Of a stretch of DNA of 64,000 nucleotides, positions 21,418 to 35,717 are shown piece by piece; position 1 is the first letter of the stretch; every line of letters starts with the position of its first letter. The notes under the pieces were generated by a model that had not been told where the DNA came from, did no database searches, and worked only from the letters and a program-made list of their open reading frames with translations. Location: NCBI GenBank assembly GCA_035221665.1, contig CM069147.1, forward strand, positions 25,668,001-25,732,000, given 5' to 3'. The position numbers and the translations under genes were made by a program. This DNA comes from Okamejei kenojei (taxonomy: Eukaryota).

Positions 21418-24320
21418 TTTTTTTTTTTAAATTTTATTTTTATTATAGAAACAAAATAATAACAAAATACATTATTTTACAATAATGAAAATACATGATA
21501 TTAATGATAAATTCATACTATTGATATTATTTGTATTATTATTAATTATAAATTTCAAGGTTGTATATTTTATATAATTGAGAATACATGGTACTAATAA
21601 TACATTCATAGTATTAGCAATATACTCATACTGTTAATAATATTTGTATTGTCTCCGATTTTTAAATATAGGACCAAATTTTATGTAATTAATAATACGT
21701 AATACTAGTAAAACTTTTATGATATTCATTATATTTTCATAATGTTAACAATATTTGTATTATCATTGATTTTAAATTTAAAATTATTATATAATTGAAA
21801 ATACACAATTTTATATAATTGAAAATACACGATACTAATAATATTTTTATGAAGTTAGTGATATTTATATTCGTACTGATATTAAGAATTTAAGATAATG
21901 TGTTTCTATACTTTTTTCTAATTTTTTATATAAGTATGAGAAAATAGAAAAAAGAGTATGAAAAGTTTGATGGAGAATGGAATATTACTCATTATTACCC
22001 ATATCACACATCTGAGGTATGCTTTTACAAAATTGTATTCCCTTCGTTTTTACTGCCAGCAGGGGTAACAGGGGAATATTTTCTTATATTCCTCTTTCTT
22101 GCGAACGCCTATGGACTTTACCTGTTAAAACAGCGGGGAATATAGTCTTATATTCCCCTGGTCTCACATCCGGGAACTTGGCAACGTGACGGCAACGTGA
22201 TGCTGCGTGGGAAATTTAGAATATTCAAACGGCAGACAGGAAGACTGCCGCGTCCATTTTGGTTAAATTTTACGTGGAAGTCCGCCGAGCTGAGATGTTA
22301 AAATTTTCCTCTAGATGTCTGATAATGGGTAATAATAACAATATTGACTGTCCTCTTTCGGGAGATACGACATATATTGCCCTCACTAGATCCATATTGC
22401 CCTCGTCTTCGACTCGGGCAATATGAATCTACTTCAGGCAATATATGTCGTATCCCCCTCAAGGCCAGTCAATATTCTATTATTAGTCCGTCCTTGGAGA
22501 TATATTCATGATTTATTATATATATTTCTTCATCTATTCAAATATTCAGGTCTCAGTCAAGTCCTCGCGCCGAACCATTATGACCCTGTAAATATTTAAT
22601 ATATGGAGACCAAATCCCTCTGAAGAGATCTAACCTATCCTTGAGGACAAGTCTCAATCTCTCCAAATGAAGTGTCTCCGACATTTCTGTGTTCCACATT
22701 TTGATTGTTGGGGATGCAGGGCCTTTCCAAAATTTTAATATTAATTTTTTCCCAATTATTAAACAATAGTCGATAAAAGTTCTTTGGTTCATTGTTATTA
22801 GTTGTTCAGTTTCAAGTATTCCAAGTATTATTAACTTTGGATCAGGCGTCATAATTATATTGACAACATTCGAAATTATCTTAAATATTTCGTTCCAGTA
22901 TTCTACAATTTTTATACAGTTAGTGAATGAATGTGACAAATTTGCTTCTGTGATTTGACATTTATCACATATAGGAGATATTTTTGGAAAAATATTATGT
23001 AATTTAGATTTGGAATAATGTAATCTATGTAGTATTTTAAACTGTATAAGGGAATGTTTAGCATTTAACGAGCAATGAAGTATATGTTGTAAACTTTCAT
23101 CCCATATTTCTGGTCTTATAATTTGGCCTAATTCATTTTCCCAAGACTGTCTATGTGTTTCTGTTGATGGGATATCACTTTTAAATAAAATATAGTATAT
23201 ATATGATATCATTTTTTCCGTATTTGGATGTTTATTCAAGCATTCATCTAAAATTTCTGTCTTTCTATTTCTAAGTTCTTGTGTATTTGCAGAAACATAG
23301 TTTCTGATTTGTAAATATCTAAAATATTCTTTATTGTGTAGTCCATAAGTTTGTTGTAACTCTTGAAATGAGAGAAAAGAGTTTTCCTTATAAAGATCAC
23401 CCATCTTAGAAATTCCTTTATTTTTCCATTGTAAAAAAGCCTTATCCATCATTGAAGGTTTGAACGTAAAATTATTGGCGATGGTAAGACCTAATGGTAT
23501 AAATTTTAGTTTTAATGTTTTCTTTATTTGTTTCCAGATGCGGATTCCGTTTTCTATTATCGGAGTTTCACTATAAATTTTCTTAGCTACGTTAGTGTTA
23601 GCAAATATTATAGAGCTAATTTCAAATGGAGAACAATCTTCTTTTTCCATATTTAACCAGTTTGGTTTATTATCTATTTCTTCTAGCCAAAAATTCATAT
23701 TTTTAATATTAACTGCCCAGTAATAAAACATGAGATTTGGTAATACTAATCCTCCATTTATTTTAGATTTACATAAATGTTTTTTTTATTTATTCTATGG
23801 CTCTTATAATCCCAGATAAAGTTAGTAATTAGAGAATCTACTTTAAAAAAAAAATTTTTAGGGAGATATATCGGAATTAATTGAAATAAATATAATAATT
23901 GTGGGAGAAAAATCATTTTTATTGCATTAATTTTACCTAACATTGAAATAGGTAAGCTTTTCCAGTATAAAATATTCTTATTTAATTTATTCAATAATGG
24001 AGGGAAATTAAATTTAAATAAAGAATCAAATCTTTTTGTAACGAAAATCCCAAGATATTTAATATTTTCATTTGTTATCTTGAAAGGGAATTGTTGTAAT
24101 ATATGTAAATTATTCACCGTTATTGGCATAAGTTCACTTTTATTTCAATTGATACTGTATCCTGAGATTGATCCGAATTCCGTTATTAGTTTTAACAAAT
24201 TTCGGATACTTATTTCTGGTTCAGTGATGTAAAGTAATACATCATCCGCATATAAGGAGATTTTATTTTTAGTATCTCTAGTATCATATCCATGTAATCT
24301 CACCCTCTGGGCGAGAGGTT
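21418..24320 (-). mobile_element. 5'-truncated L1/Tx1-clade LINE with a long AT-rich 3' UTR
   Basis: SLYADD, YLGI, KINAIKM and C-terminal CDKC..H...C motifs (ORFs 22553-24327); poly(A) tail; 12-bp TSD CTCCCAATTTCT (21406-21417, 24321-24332). Confidence 0.93.
22330..22485. repeat. ~155-bp imperfect palindrome (MITE-like hairpin) inside the L1 3' UTR
   Basis: TAATAATAACAATATTGACTG...GATACGACATATATTGCC pairs with GGCAATATATGTCGTATC...CAGTCAATATTCTATTATTA. Confidence 0.85.
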
Positions 24321-24504
24321 CTCCCAATTTCTACGTCTGCGCTGCATCTGCACCTAAGATGACGTGTGCCAAACCAGGACATCCCGATGTCCTCATACTT
24401 TAGGAAATGGGGATTCCCATCTTCCATCACAGATGAGACCCTCACCCGGGTCTCCCCAGAATCCCAACAGCTGTGCTCCTGCTGACCCTCTCTCCAGTGG
24501 CAAC

Positions 24505-24826
24505 ATGGCGGCATGGTGGCGCAGCGGTAGAGTTGCTGCCTCACAGCAAATGCAGCGCCAGAGACACGGATTCTATTCCGACTATGGGTGCTGACTGTAC
24601 AGAGTTTGTACGTTCTTCCTGTGACCCACGTGTGTTTCTCCGAGATTTTCGGTTTCTTCCCACATTCCAAAGACGTACAGGTATGCAGGTTAATTGGCTT
24701 GGTAAATGTAAACAAAATGTCCCTAGTAGCTATAGTGTTAATGTGTGGGGGTCGTTTGTCGGCGTGGACCCAGTGGGCCGAAGGGACTGTTTCCGCGCTG
24801 TAACTCTAAACATTAAACTAAAGTAA
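24505..24826 (+). mobile_element. tRNA-derived SINE with a CR1-like 3' end
   Basis: A-box-like GGTGGCGCAGCGGTAGAG head, GGGCCGAAGGG..TGTTTCC 3' end, TAAAC-type tail. Confidence 0.8.
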
Positions 24827-25029
24827 ACGGAGCAGAGTCCCCGTGGTCATAGGTCAGAAGGTGGGGTCAAGGAAAGCGTACCCGTCACAGCCCAGCTTCC
24901 ACCAATCTTTCCACCACCACGCGCAAGAAGCACAAGAAACACAAGATGCCATTGTATGCAGATGCCGAGAAGTGTGTTCAGCTCTGGCTGTACATTATCT
25001 AATATTGTGATGTGGACTCGACAAGAAGG

Positions 25030-25885
25030 TCAGAAAGTCATAAGTGATAGGAGTAGAATTAGGCCATTCGGCCCAGCAACTCTACTCCGCCATTCAATCA
25101 TGGCTGATCCCTCCTAATCCCATTCTCCTGTCTTCTCCCCATAACGTCTGACACCTGTACCAATCAAAAATATATCTATCTCTGCCTTAAAAATATCCAC
25201 TGAAGGCCTGCCTCTACAGCCTTCTGTGGCAAAGAAGTCCACAGATTCACCAACCTCTGACCTCCACATCTCCAAAGCTGCCTCTTTCAGAACCCTAGGG
25301 TGCAGTCCAACTAGACCAGTTGACTTATTCGCCTTCAGCCATTTCAGCTTCCCAAGCATATTCTCCCTAGTAATAGCCACTCTACAAACTGCCAACCCCC
25401 TGTCTCTCTTGAATTTCAGGCACATTGCTGGTGTCTTCCACTGTGAAGATTGATGCAAAAAGGTTATTCAACTCCTCTGCCATTTCTTGATTTCTCGTTA
25501 TCACTTCTCCTGCATCATTCTCCAGAGGCCCAACTTCCACTCTTGTCTCTCTTACTCTCTATATATCTGAATAAATTCTTACTATCCTCTTTTATTTTAT
25601 TGGCTACCTTACCTTCGTATTTCAGCTTCTCTCCCTGCCTTTTCTGCCTTTTTAGTTACCTTCTGTGGTTCTTTAAAGCTTTCCAATTATCTGCCTTCCT
25701 ACTAATCTCTGCTCTGTTATACGCCTTCTCTTTTAGTTTTATATTGTCCTTGGATTCCCTTGTCAGCCACGGTCGCGCCTTTCTCCCCCTAGAATCTTTC
25801 TTCCTCTCTGGAATGAATAGATCCTGCATCTTCCGGATTATTCCCAGAAATTCATGCCATTGCTGTTCCACTGTCAGCCCTGATA
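25030..25885 (-). mobile_element. Internally deleted CR1 fragments
   Basis: CR1 3' UTR joined to ORF2 pieces (GLHPRVLKE, PWLTRE). Confidence 0.8.
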
Positions 25886-27949
25886 TGGTCCATTTTTAAT
25901 CCGCACTTCGCACCCCATCGGCCCTCCATACAGCACATTGTTCTCCGACATTTACGCCAGCTCCAACGGTTCCTACCATTAACCATATCTTCCCATCTCC
26001 AGCCCTTTCCGCTTTCCGCAGAGACCGTTACCATTCTACAATTCCTTATCCACACCTGCTTTGATCTGTTGTTTTCACACCATATCCTTCCATATCTCTG
26101 GAATTCCTGTCGCCTGACTCTCAGTCTAATGAAGGGTCTCGACCCGAAACGTCAATCATTCCTTCTCTCCAAAAATGCTGCCTGTCCCGCTGAGTTACTC
26201 CAGCACTTTGAGCATATATTCTCTGTAAACCAATATCTGTAGTTCTTTCCCACACCCTTAAAGCACTCGTGTCCTACCTTGGGACTGTACCTTATCGTTT
26301 CTCGGCCGAACCAGCACACAACAGCGTTCCATAGTATTTTTATTGGATTATCTGCTGCACTCTAAAGGTCAAGTTACCGTCATTATAAGCTCCAGGTATA
26401 CTCGGGATAACAGTAATGATCTTGGATGGGCTCACACATTTTGTTCAATATATGGAGAACTAAAACAGACATAAATGTTGCTGTAATGAGGAAGTGTTCT
26501 TAAAACCACGGCGTTGCAGATAGCACAAGTGGAAGGAAAACGATGGACAATGTTTGAGGTTAGGACCAGCATCTTTAGTCCCTTGGATAACACTTTCCCT
26601 TTCCCGTGTTTATGGTTTCACATATGTTAAAAACAAAATCAACCGGATGTTCGGAAAGTTTTAAGACATGCAATAGTGAGTTATATGTCATTCAAATAAC
26701 CACAGAAGCCACGTCCCTTGGACAAACCTAACGTATCCATTAAACAGACATCATTACGGCCATTTCAATGACAATTTTCACTGTGGGCTGAACGAATACA
26801 TTTCAAATGCGCCAAAGCTATTAACCCACAACGTTTAGTATAGAATTTATGTTGTAACCACTACATTTAGCAACTACAGATAGCGTTGCAATTACGTTGT
26901 AATTCACCCAATGGGTGATATTATGGATAGGCGAATAACTGCTTCTTTGCACGCAATGATACTGTTTTAATACAACAGTAACCACATCACAGTGATGGTT
27001 GTCAGAAAAAAAACGTTGTTTGCACGAGTAGTGAAGCATCCGTTCTTCATCAGTTTTGCAGATAAAATTCGCCTATCTTTCGCCAAGCCTGTACATTTTA
27101 CTCTTAAAAAGAAAGCTATGTCAAGCATAACACCTAGATTTTGCTTGTGCTAATCCACTATAGAAAGTTGCAAAATCCCTCTCATTCACATGTTTGCTCA
27201 TAACTCTCACAGGGAGATAGTGCAAACTTCGTACATACAGTGGCCGTCGTGAGGATTGAACCCTGGTCTCCGGCGATGTGAAGCAGCAACACTATCGCTT
27301 AACATTTAAGACGTAAAGTTAATATTTAACATGGAGTCAAACAATCGGGAAACAAATATAATTACACATTTGGGAATCGCTCTGAGACGATTGGTCTGCA
27401 CAGGTTGCAAGAACATGACCAGGCATGCCATCAGGTCCAGATGCTTTTCCAGAGTTCGCCCTCCTGAACAATAATCTGACGTCGGCCTCTGTGACGGACA
27501 TTGTGATGCCATCGGGGCTACGGGGCCTCGGGAAGCCACATCAGTGTTTCCCCAAACAAAGCGTGCGTACTTGAGCTTGTCTGGGAATTATGCCTCCCTG
27601 TCGCTTGGGTGGAGGGGCAGTGGAAAGTATGACACGTCATAGGTGATCAGAGGCGGGAGGGGTGGTGATAAGCAGATGATTGAACAATGGGTATAAATAT
27701 ATTACACATGGTGTACACACACCAAGTTGTGGGACGAAATAATTTAAGAGTTACGAACTGTAAAGCTAGAGGATTGACAAGTAGAACATTGTGTAACGCT
27801 GTGAGTAAAGAGGGAAGGGACGAAAGGGGTAGATGCATGCTCAGCCAGGACTCAGTGGTGGTGGTCGGGGGGGGGGGGGGGAGGGGGTGAGAAAGAGGTG
27901 AGGGTTTATTGGGGGGAATGTGATGGGGGGGGGGGGTCGTTACAGGTTA

Positions 27950-28310
27950 GCTAAATTGGAGAATTCAATTTTAATAATGTTGCCGTTTAAGCCACCCAAG
28001 CAGAATATGAGGCACTGTTCTCCAGTTTGCGTGTGGACTGACTCTGGGAATGGAGGAGGCCCAGGCCAGAAGGGCTAGTATGGGAATTAAAAGTGGGGCC
28101 TTGGCGATCAAACACAAGTGTTCGGAGCGAAATGGTTGCAGAGACGACATTCAGTCCAGTGGATGTACATGAGGCCACATAGGGAAGAGCCGATGGAGTA
28201 CATAAGTTTGGTGGAGGTGCACGTTGACTACTGTCTCACCTGGAATGACTGCCTGGGTCCCTGAATGAAGGCGAGGGTGGAGGTATAAGGACAGGTGTTG
28301 CATTTCCTGC
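27950..28310 (-). mobile_element. Penelope-like GIY-YIG/terminal fragment
   Basis: Resembles the 46650-47000 segment of the longer Penelope remnant. Confidence 0.6.
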
Positions 28311-28319
28311 GGTTAGAAT

Positions 28320-29105
28320 TTGAGAGAGTCATAGTGTCACATAGCGTGTAAGGCCCTTCATCCCAACTTGCCCGGGCCGACCAACAAGCCACATCTACAC
28401 TTTACCCACTTGCGTGTGTTTGGCCCTAATCCATCTAAACATATCGTCCATGTACCTTTCTAATGGTTTTGTTAATGTTGTTATAGTACCTGCTTCAACT
28501 ACGTCCTCTGGCTGCTCGTTCCACACACCGCCCACCCTTTGTGGAAAAACGTAACTCCGCAGGTTCTTATTAAACATGTCCACGCTTACTTTAAACCGAT
28601 GTCCTCTGCTTGTCGATTCCACATCTCTGGATAAAAGTACCATATTGCTCTCATAACCTTGTAACCTCTATAAGATCACCCCTCATTCTTCTGAACCAAT
28701 GAATACATTTCTAGCCTGCTCAATTTCTCTATAGCCAGAACATTGTGTCCTGGCAACATCCTCGTAACACTTATCTGCAACCTTTCCATCTTAATAGCAT
28801 ATTTCCTGCAAGAGAGTGACCAAAACAGAACACAATACTATGAGCGTTTTCCACACCAATGTCACGGTAACTGTAACAAGCCCTCCCAACCTCTATATTA
28901 AAATCTCTGACTGGAGAAGGCCGATGTACTGAAAGCGTTCTTGGCTACCCTATCTACTTGTGACTACACTTTCAAGGAACTATGTACGTGTACTCCCACA
29001 TCCTTCTGCCCTGTCATTCCCCAAAGCTCTGCCATTCACTGTGTAGACCTTGCCCTGGTTTTACTTTCAAAAAAGCAATAGATCACACTTCTCTATATTA
29101 ATCTC
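28320..29105 (-). mobile_element. Decayed CR1 3' fragment
   Basis: SRGHRFKV..FPQRVGGVWN motif plus 3' UTR. Confidence 0.8.
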
Positions 29106-30556
29106 AATGCGCCATGCATTAGGGGACAGGGGAAAGTAATCGGGAGGAGGTGATTTGGGTAGGAAGGGATGAACGAACCATGGAATTGTAGAAGGAGTGA
29201 TCTCGGCAAACGCAGAGTGGGTGGAGATGGTAAGATATGAATGCTGTTATGATCACAACAGAGATGCCGGAAATGTAGGATAATGATGTGGTGGATGCGG
29301 AGGCTAGTAGAGTGAAAGGTAAGGAACAGGGGAACTCTACCTTTATCGCCTCAACCAATGAGTTGCAAAGGGAACAGTCTCTGCAGATGGTAGGAAGGGA
29401 AGGAGATGAGAGGTAGACAAAAGTGCTGGAGAAACTCAGCGGGTGCGGTAGCATCTATGGAGCGAAGGAAATAGGCAACGTTTCGGGTCGAAACCCTTCT
29501 TCAGACTGATGCAGGGTGGGGTGGCGTGGGAGGTTGGGGGAGGTGGGGCGTGGGGGGAGGGGGTGAGAAGGAAGGAAGAGAGTATTATTATTATCATATT
29601 ATGATCATATTATTATCAATTGCTTGTCTTTCGATTGGCCATACACCGTATCGCCAGTCTCTGTTATAGTCCTTTACCCCACTTCCTATTCTCTGCTTCT
29701 GTACTTGCATGAACACCTGCGCTTCTCGACCCTCCTGCTGTACTGAAATAAGGCCATGAAAATGATATGCTTGCTTTACTTCCGATTTTACGGATCCATC
29801 CATACACGCGGAGCATTTATTACGTGCACACCGACCATATTACAGATTTCGCAATCCCGAAGCTCCAGCCCTTCCCATTTAATGATATTTGAAGGCTATT
29901 ATCCTTTACTGGTACACTGTGGACGGCTTTATAGTAATGATGTATAGTCTTTGACTGATAGCATGCAACAAAATACTTTTCAATATACCCCAGCACACGC
30001 TACAATATTAAACTAAACTAAACTATGTTTATTTTTTCCCAACCGGGTCAAGACGGACTGGTCTCTGACCGTTTCGATTTTTATTCATATGATGTACAGT
30101 ATTTCTATTTCTGATCATGTTTATTTTTAATCTCTCCGTACACTTCAAACATTCAGCGATTGCAAAGTGACTGGGAAGAATGCGGTAAACACACGCTTGG
30201 AAGTGCAGATTATTTTGCAGAACGTGAACGTGTAAGTGTGATGGGAAAAGGAAAATATCCATATTCAGTTAGGTTTTCCGGCTGTGCAATCAATTGACAA
30301 ACGTGATTTGTTATCTCGGAACGTTGATCACAAATAAAATAACAAAGAAAAGTAGCAGGTCCCGCTGAAGCCGAGCAGTGGTGCAAAGGTTCTATCCGGT
30401 TGGGCTATTCTGGTAACTTTTCTGCATGTTTCTTTTAAATATAGTATTTCTAAATTAATGCCGTTCCTCTTAATTAAGAGCAAGGAATATAGTTTTACGA
30501 CAAAGAGATAGCTGTTAAAGGCGGAGTTCTGAACATTTCTCCCAGCGTATTACACG

Positions 30557-31069
30557 ATTCGGTATCTTTGGAGATTTCAACGCAGAGTGCTGTGGATCGT
30601 TAGTCGCTAAATACCGTTAAAGGTGAAATCATTGGATAATTAGACACTGCCGAATCAAGGGTGTGGAGACCGGAAAGAAAAATCGCATTGAACTACAATG
30701 TCTACCAGCATGTCGTTAGATCTGGGGGGCGTGACATTTCACTTTTTCAATTTCTCCTGCCCGTCCTGCCCCTCCTGCCATCTAGGAACTCCATTCTTGC
30801 AAGAATGACCTGGAATATTTCACCGAGTCTTAATAGTTATTATGGTGGAAATATACTAGTTTGTCTCCCTTTCTACGTTTCTGAGTAGAATATCAACTTT
30901 TTGGCGTCAAGTGATTACGCCGAAATGCTGATTTTATGCATAATATATCAATTAAAGCTGCCTTTCAGCATTGCTGCGCAGTTTGGTCACTGTGCAATCC
31001 CGATTTGCAATTTAATGAAATAAAATGGACTGCACCCAAGACCAAAGTATACATCAATAAAGTAATATA
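30557..31069 (+). repeat. Local duplication, copy A (copy B = 33858-34209 plus 35732-35917)
   Basis: Collinear similar sequence from ATTCGGTATCTTTGGAGAT to AAAGTAATATA. Confidence 0.9.
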
Positions 31070-33830
31070 GAAACATAGAAACATAGAAACATAGAAACAT
31101 AGAAAATAGGTGCAGGAGTAGGCCATTCGGCCGTTCCAGCCTGCACCGCCATTCAATATGATCATGGCTGTTCATCCAACTCAGTATCCTGTACCTGCCT
31201 TCGCTCCATACCCCCTGATCCGTATAGCCACAAGGGCCATATCTAATTCCATCTTAAATATAGCCAATTAACTGACCTCAACTACCTTCTGTGGCAGAGA
31301 ATTAGACAGATTCATCACTCTCTGTGTGAAAAATGATTTTCTCATCACGGTCCTAAACGACTTCCCCTTATCCTTAAACTGTGACCCCTTGTTCAGGATT
31401 TCCCCAACATCGGGAACAATCTTCCTGCATCTAGCCTGTCGAACCCCTTAAGAATATTAATCTTATGTCAGAGAGTAATGGTGGATGGCTGTTTGTCAGG
31501 TTGGGGGCCGGTGACTTGTGGGGTGCCTCAGGCATCTGTGTTGGGTCCACTGTTGTTTGTCATGTACATCAATGATCTGGATGATGGGGTGGAAAATTGG
31601 ATAAGCAACTATGCAGATGATACTAAGATAGTTGGTGCTGTGGATAATGAAGTAGATTTTGAAAGTCTACAGAGAGATTTGGGCCATTTGGAAAAGTGGG
31701 CTGAAAGATGGCAGATGGAGTTTAATGCTGATAAGTGTGAAGTGCTACATCTTGGCAGGACAAATCAAAAAATAGGACGTACATGTAAATGGTAGGGATG
31801 AGGAATGCTGTGGAACAAGAGATCTAGGAATAACTATGCATATTTTCCTGAAGGTGGAATCGCATGTTAGATAGGGTGGTAAAGAAAGCCTTTGGTGTGC
31901 TGGCCTTTATAAATCAGAGCATTGAATATATGAGTAGGGGAGTAATGGTTTAAAATTGTACAAGGCATTGGTAAGACCAATTCTGGAGTATGGTGTACAA
32001 TTTTGGTCGCCTAATTATAGGAATGATGTCAACAAAATAGAGAGAGTACAGAGGAGATTTACTAGAATGTTGCTAGGATCCAGCAACTATGTTACAGAGA
32101 AAGGTTGAACAAGTTAGGTCTTTATTCTTTGGAGCGCAGAAGGTTAAGGGGGGACTTGAATTGAGGTCTTTAAAATGATGAAAGGAAAAGACAGAGTTGA
32201 CGTGGATAAGCTTTACCAGTGAGGGTAGGGAAGATTTAAAGAAGAGGGCATGACATGAGAATAAGTGACAGACGTTTAGGGGTAACGTGAGGGGGAACTT
32301 CTTTACTCAGAGGGTGGTGGCTGTGTGGAATGACTTCCAGCAGAAGTGGTGGAGGCAGGATCGATTTTAACATTTAAAAGTAAAGTGGATAGGTATATGG
32401 ATGGGAAGGGAATGGAGGGGTATGGTCTGAGTGCAGGTAGATGGGACTAGGGGAAACCAAATGGTCGGCACGGACTGGAAGGGCCGAGAGGGCCTGTTTC
32501 CGTGCTGTAATTGTTATATGGTTATATATGGTTAATGTTGTAAGTCTCTATAAGATCCCCCGTCAATCTTCTAAATTCCAGCGAGTACAAGCCGAGTCTA
32601 TCCAGTGTTTCTTCATATGGAAGTCCTGCCATCCTAGAAAACTGTCTGGTGAACCTTCCCTGTACGCCCTCTATGATATTAATGTCCTTCCTCAGATTAG
32701 GAGAACAAAACTGTACGCAATACTCCAGGTGTGGCCTCAGCACGACCCTGTACAACTGCAGTAGAACTACCCTGCTCTTGTACTCAAATCATTTTGCTAC
32801 GAATGCCAACATACCATTCGCTTTCTTCACTGCGTGCTGCCCCTGCATGCCGACTTTCAATGACTGGTGTACCATGACCCCTTTTCCTAGCCGTCCACCA
32901 TTCAGATAATAGTCTACTTTCCTGTTTTTGCCACCAAAGTGGAGAAACTCACATTTATCCACATTATACTCCATCTGCCATGCATTTGCCCACTCACCCA
33001 ACCTATCCAAGTCACCTTGCAGCCTCCTAGCATCCCCCTTACACCTAACGCTGCCCCCCGGCTTTGTGTTATCCGCGAACTTGGAGATGTTGCATTCAAT
33101 TCCCTCATCCAAATCATTAATATATAATTTAAATAGCTGGGGTCCCAGCACTGAGCATTGCGGTACCCCACTAGTCACTGCCTGCCATTCAGAAAATTAC
33201 CCGTTTACTCCTACACCTTGCTTCCTGTCTTCCAGCCAGTTCTCTATCCACATCAATACTGAACCCCCAATACAGTGTGCTTTAAGTTTGTATACTAATC
33301 TCTTATGTGGGACCTTGTCGAAAACCTTCTGAAAGTCCAGATATAACACATCCACTGCTTCTCCCTTATCCACTCTACTAGTTACATCCTCGAAAGATTC
33401 TATAAGATTCGTCAGACATGATTTACCTTTCATAAATCCATGCTGACTTTGTCCAATGATTTCACCACTTTCCAAATGTGCTGCTATCCCATCTTTAATA
33501 ACTGACTCAAGCATTTTCCCCACTACCGATGTTAGACTAACTGGTCTGTAATTCCCCGTTTTCTTTCTCCCTCCCTTTTTAAAAAAGTGGGGTTACATTA
33601 GCTACTCTCCAATCCTCAGGAACCACTCCAGAGTCTAAAGAGTTTTGATAAATTATCACTAATGCATCCACTATATCTGGGGCTACTTCCTTACGTACTC
33701 TGGGATGCAGCCTATCTGGCCCTGGGGATATATCGTCCTTTAATCCATTCAATTTACCTAACACCACTTCCCGGCTAATCTGGATTTCACTCAGTTGCTC
33801 CATCTCATTTGACCCCCGGTCCCCTGCACG
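31070..33830 (-). mobile_element. CR1 LINE containing a nested plus-strand CR1 (about 31465-32533)
   Basis: (GAAACATA)n tail at 31070, RT ORF pieces 32522-33857; the nested copy closely matches 11791-12870. Confidence 0.92.
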
Positions 33831-34209
33831 ATTCCATCGGTCCCCTGCAGTAAACACAATTCGGTATCTTTGGAGATGTCAACGTCAGAATGCTGTGGAT
33901 CGTCAGTCGCTGAATACCGTTAAAGGTGAAATCATTGGATAATTAGATACTGCTGAATCAAGGATGTGGAGACCGGAAAGAAAAATCCCATTGAACTACA
34001 ATGTCAACCAGCATGTCGTTATATCTGGGGGCGTGACATTTTCCTTTTTCAATTTCTCCTGCCTGTCCTGCCCGTCCTGCTCGTCCTGCCTGTTCTGCCC
34101 CTCCTGCCATCTAGGAACTCCATTCTTGCAAGAATTACCTGGAATATTTCACCGAATCTTAATAGCACAATGTTTAAAATCGAATAATTGTTGCCCTCCC
34201 TACGTTTCT

Positions 34210-35717
34210 TTGTTTTAATAATATTTTTATTAGAAGTAATCCATCATAACAACGGTAAACAACTTTTCGAATACACAACCAACTTATTTCAATAAGTATA
34301 CGGATGTTACAAATAATTCTTATAAACTTCTATTTTTTAGAAAGTAAAAAAAGAAAATAATAGATTTTAATCAATAAGAATAGTGATTAAATAATAATTT
34401 TGATTACATAGAGAGAGAAAGAGAAGAGAAAAAGACAAAAAAGATTATAGTATACATCTTAATAGTGAATAACACAATTTCAAATAACGATATCAATAGA
34501 GACATGCATACAAATCCAAAAAAAAAAAAAAAGAATTATTTTCATCTACCTGCCGGGTACCCATTGTAATGCAAGAACAGCTACCCCTTCAAATATTCTG
34601 TATATGGAGACCATATCTGTTCAAAGAGTTCGTATTTGTCCATTAGGACAAATCTGATTCTTTCCAAATGCAACGTCTCCAACATTTCCACTGTCCACAT
34701 TTTAATTGTAGGGGATAATGTTCCCTTCCAAAATTTCAATATTAATTTTTTCCCTATTATCAAACAGTAATCCAAGAAATTTCTTTGGTTTACTGTTAAT
34801 ATTAAATTTGAATCCGGAACTCCTAATATTATTAATTTTGGATCTGGGTCCAGTTTAATTTTAAGAACTTCAGAGATAACTCTAAATATTTCTGTCGAAT
34901 AATAGTTGAGTTTTATACATGTTACAAAACTATGCGTTAAATTAGCTCCCAAGTTCTGACATTTATCACAAATAGAAGAAATGTTAGGATAAATTCTATT
35001 TAATTTCGTTTTTGAATAATGTAATCTGCGTAATACCTTAATTTGTATCAATATATGTCTAGCATTTAATGAGCAACGATGTATACATTGTAGGCTTTCT
35101 TCCCAAGTTTCCTTCGTTATAGATAAACCTATTTCATTTTCCCATGTTTGTCGATATATTTCCGAAGTTGGGACTTCCCTATCCAAGATAGTATTGCATA
35201 TATACGCTATTAATGTTTCTGTATTTGGGTGTTTATTAAACAATTCATCTAATAATCCTGGTTTTCTATTTTTATAGTCTTGCTTATTTGACAATATAGT
35301 TTCTAATTTGTAAATACCTAAATATGTTATTTGACTGCAAACCATAGATTTCCTGTAACTCTTGAAATGAAAGAAATTTTCCTTTCTTGTAAAGGTGTTC
35401 TATCCATTTAATTCCTAAATCATTCAAGTGTCTAAACCCCTTGTCCAATACAGAGGGCTTAAACAAAGGATTATTCATAATTGGCAAACAAAGTGACAAA
35501 TTATCCATATGTAGGGTCTTAACTATTTGTTTCCAAATACGTCTATTGCCATGAATTATAGGGTTATCACCATACGTTTTTTTTTGTATTTCCCTTGGTG
35601 CAAAAAGAATCGAACCTACATCAAAAGGCAAACAGTCTTCCTTTTCCATCTTTAGCCAGCATGGCTCATAATCTAAATTTACCAACCAAAAATTCATATT
35701 CATATTCTTAATCTGAA
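34210..35717 (-). mobile_element. 5'-truncated L1/Tx1-clade LINE
   Basis: ORF2 C-terminus similar to 22553-23731; 14-bp TSD CTCCCTACGTTTCT (34196-34209, 35718-35731); empty site visible in copy A near 30866-30882. Confidence 0.93.

Larger units (their letters stand above)
21140..24500 (+). mobile_element. Penelope-like RT remnant (21140-21417 and 24321-24500) split by an L1
   Basis: YIDD-like, LKFTWTIS, TDIYYK and SIPYSQF|LRLR motifs continue across the insertion. Confidence 0.75.
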
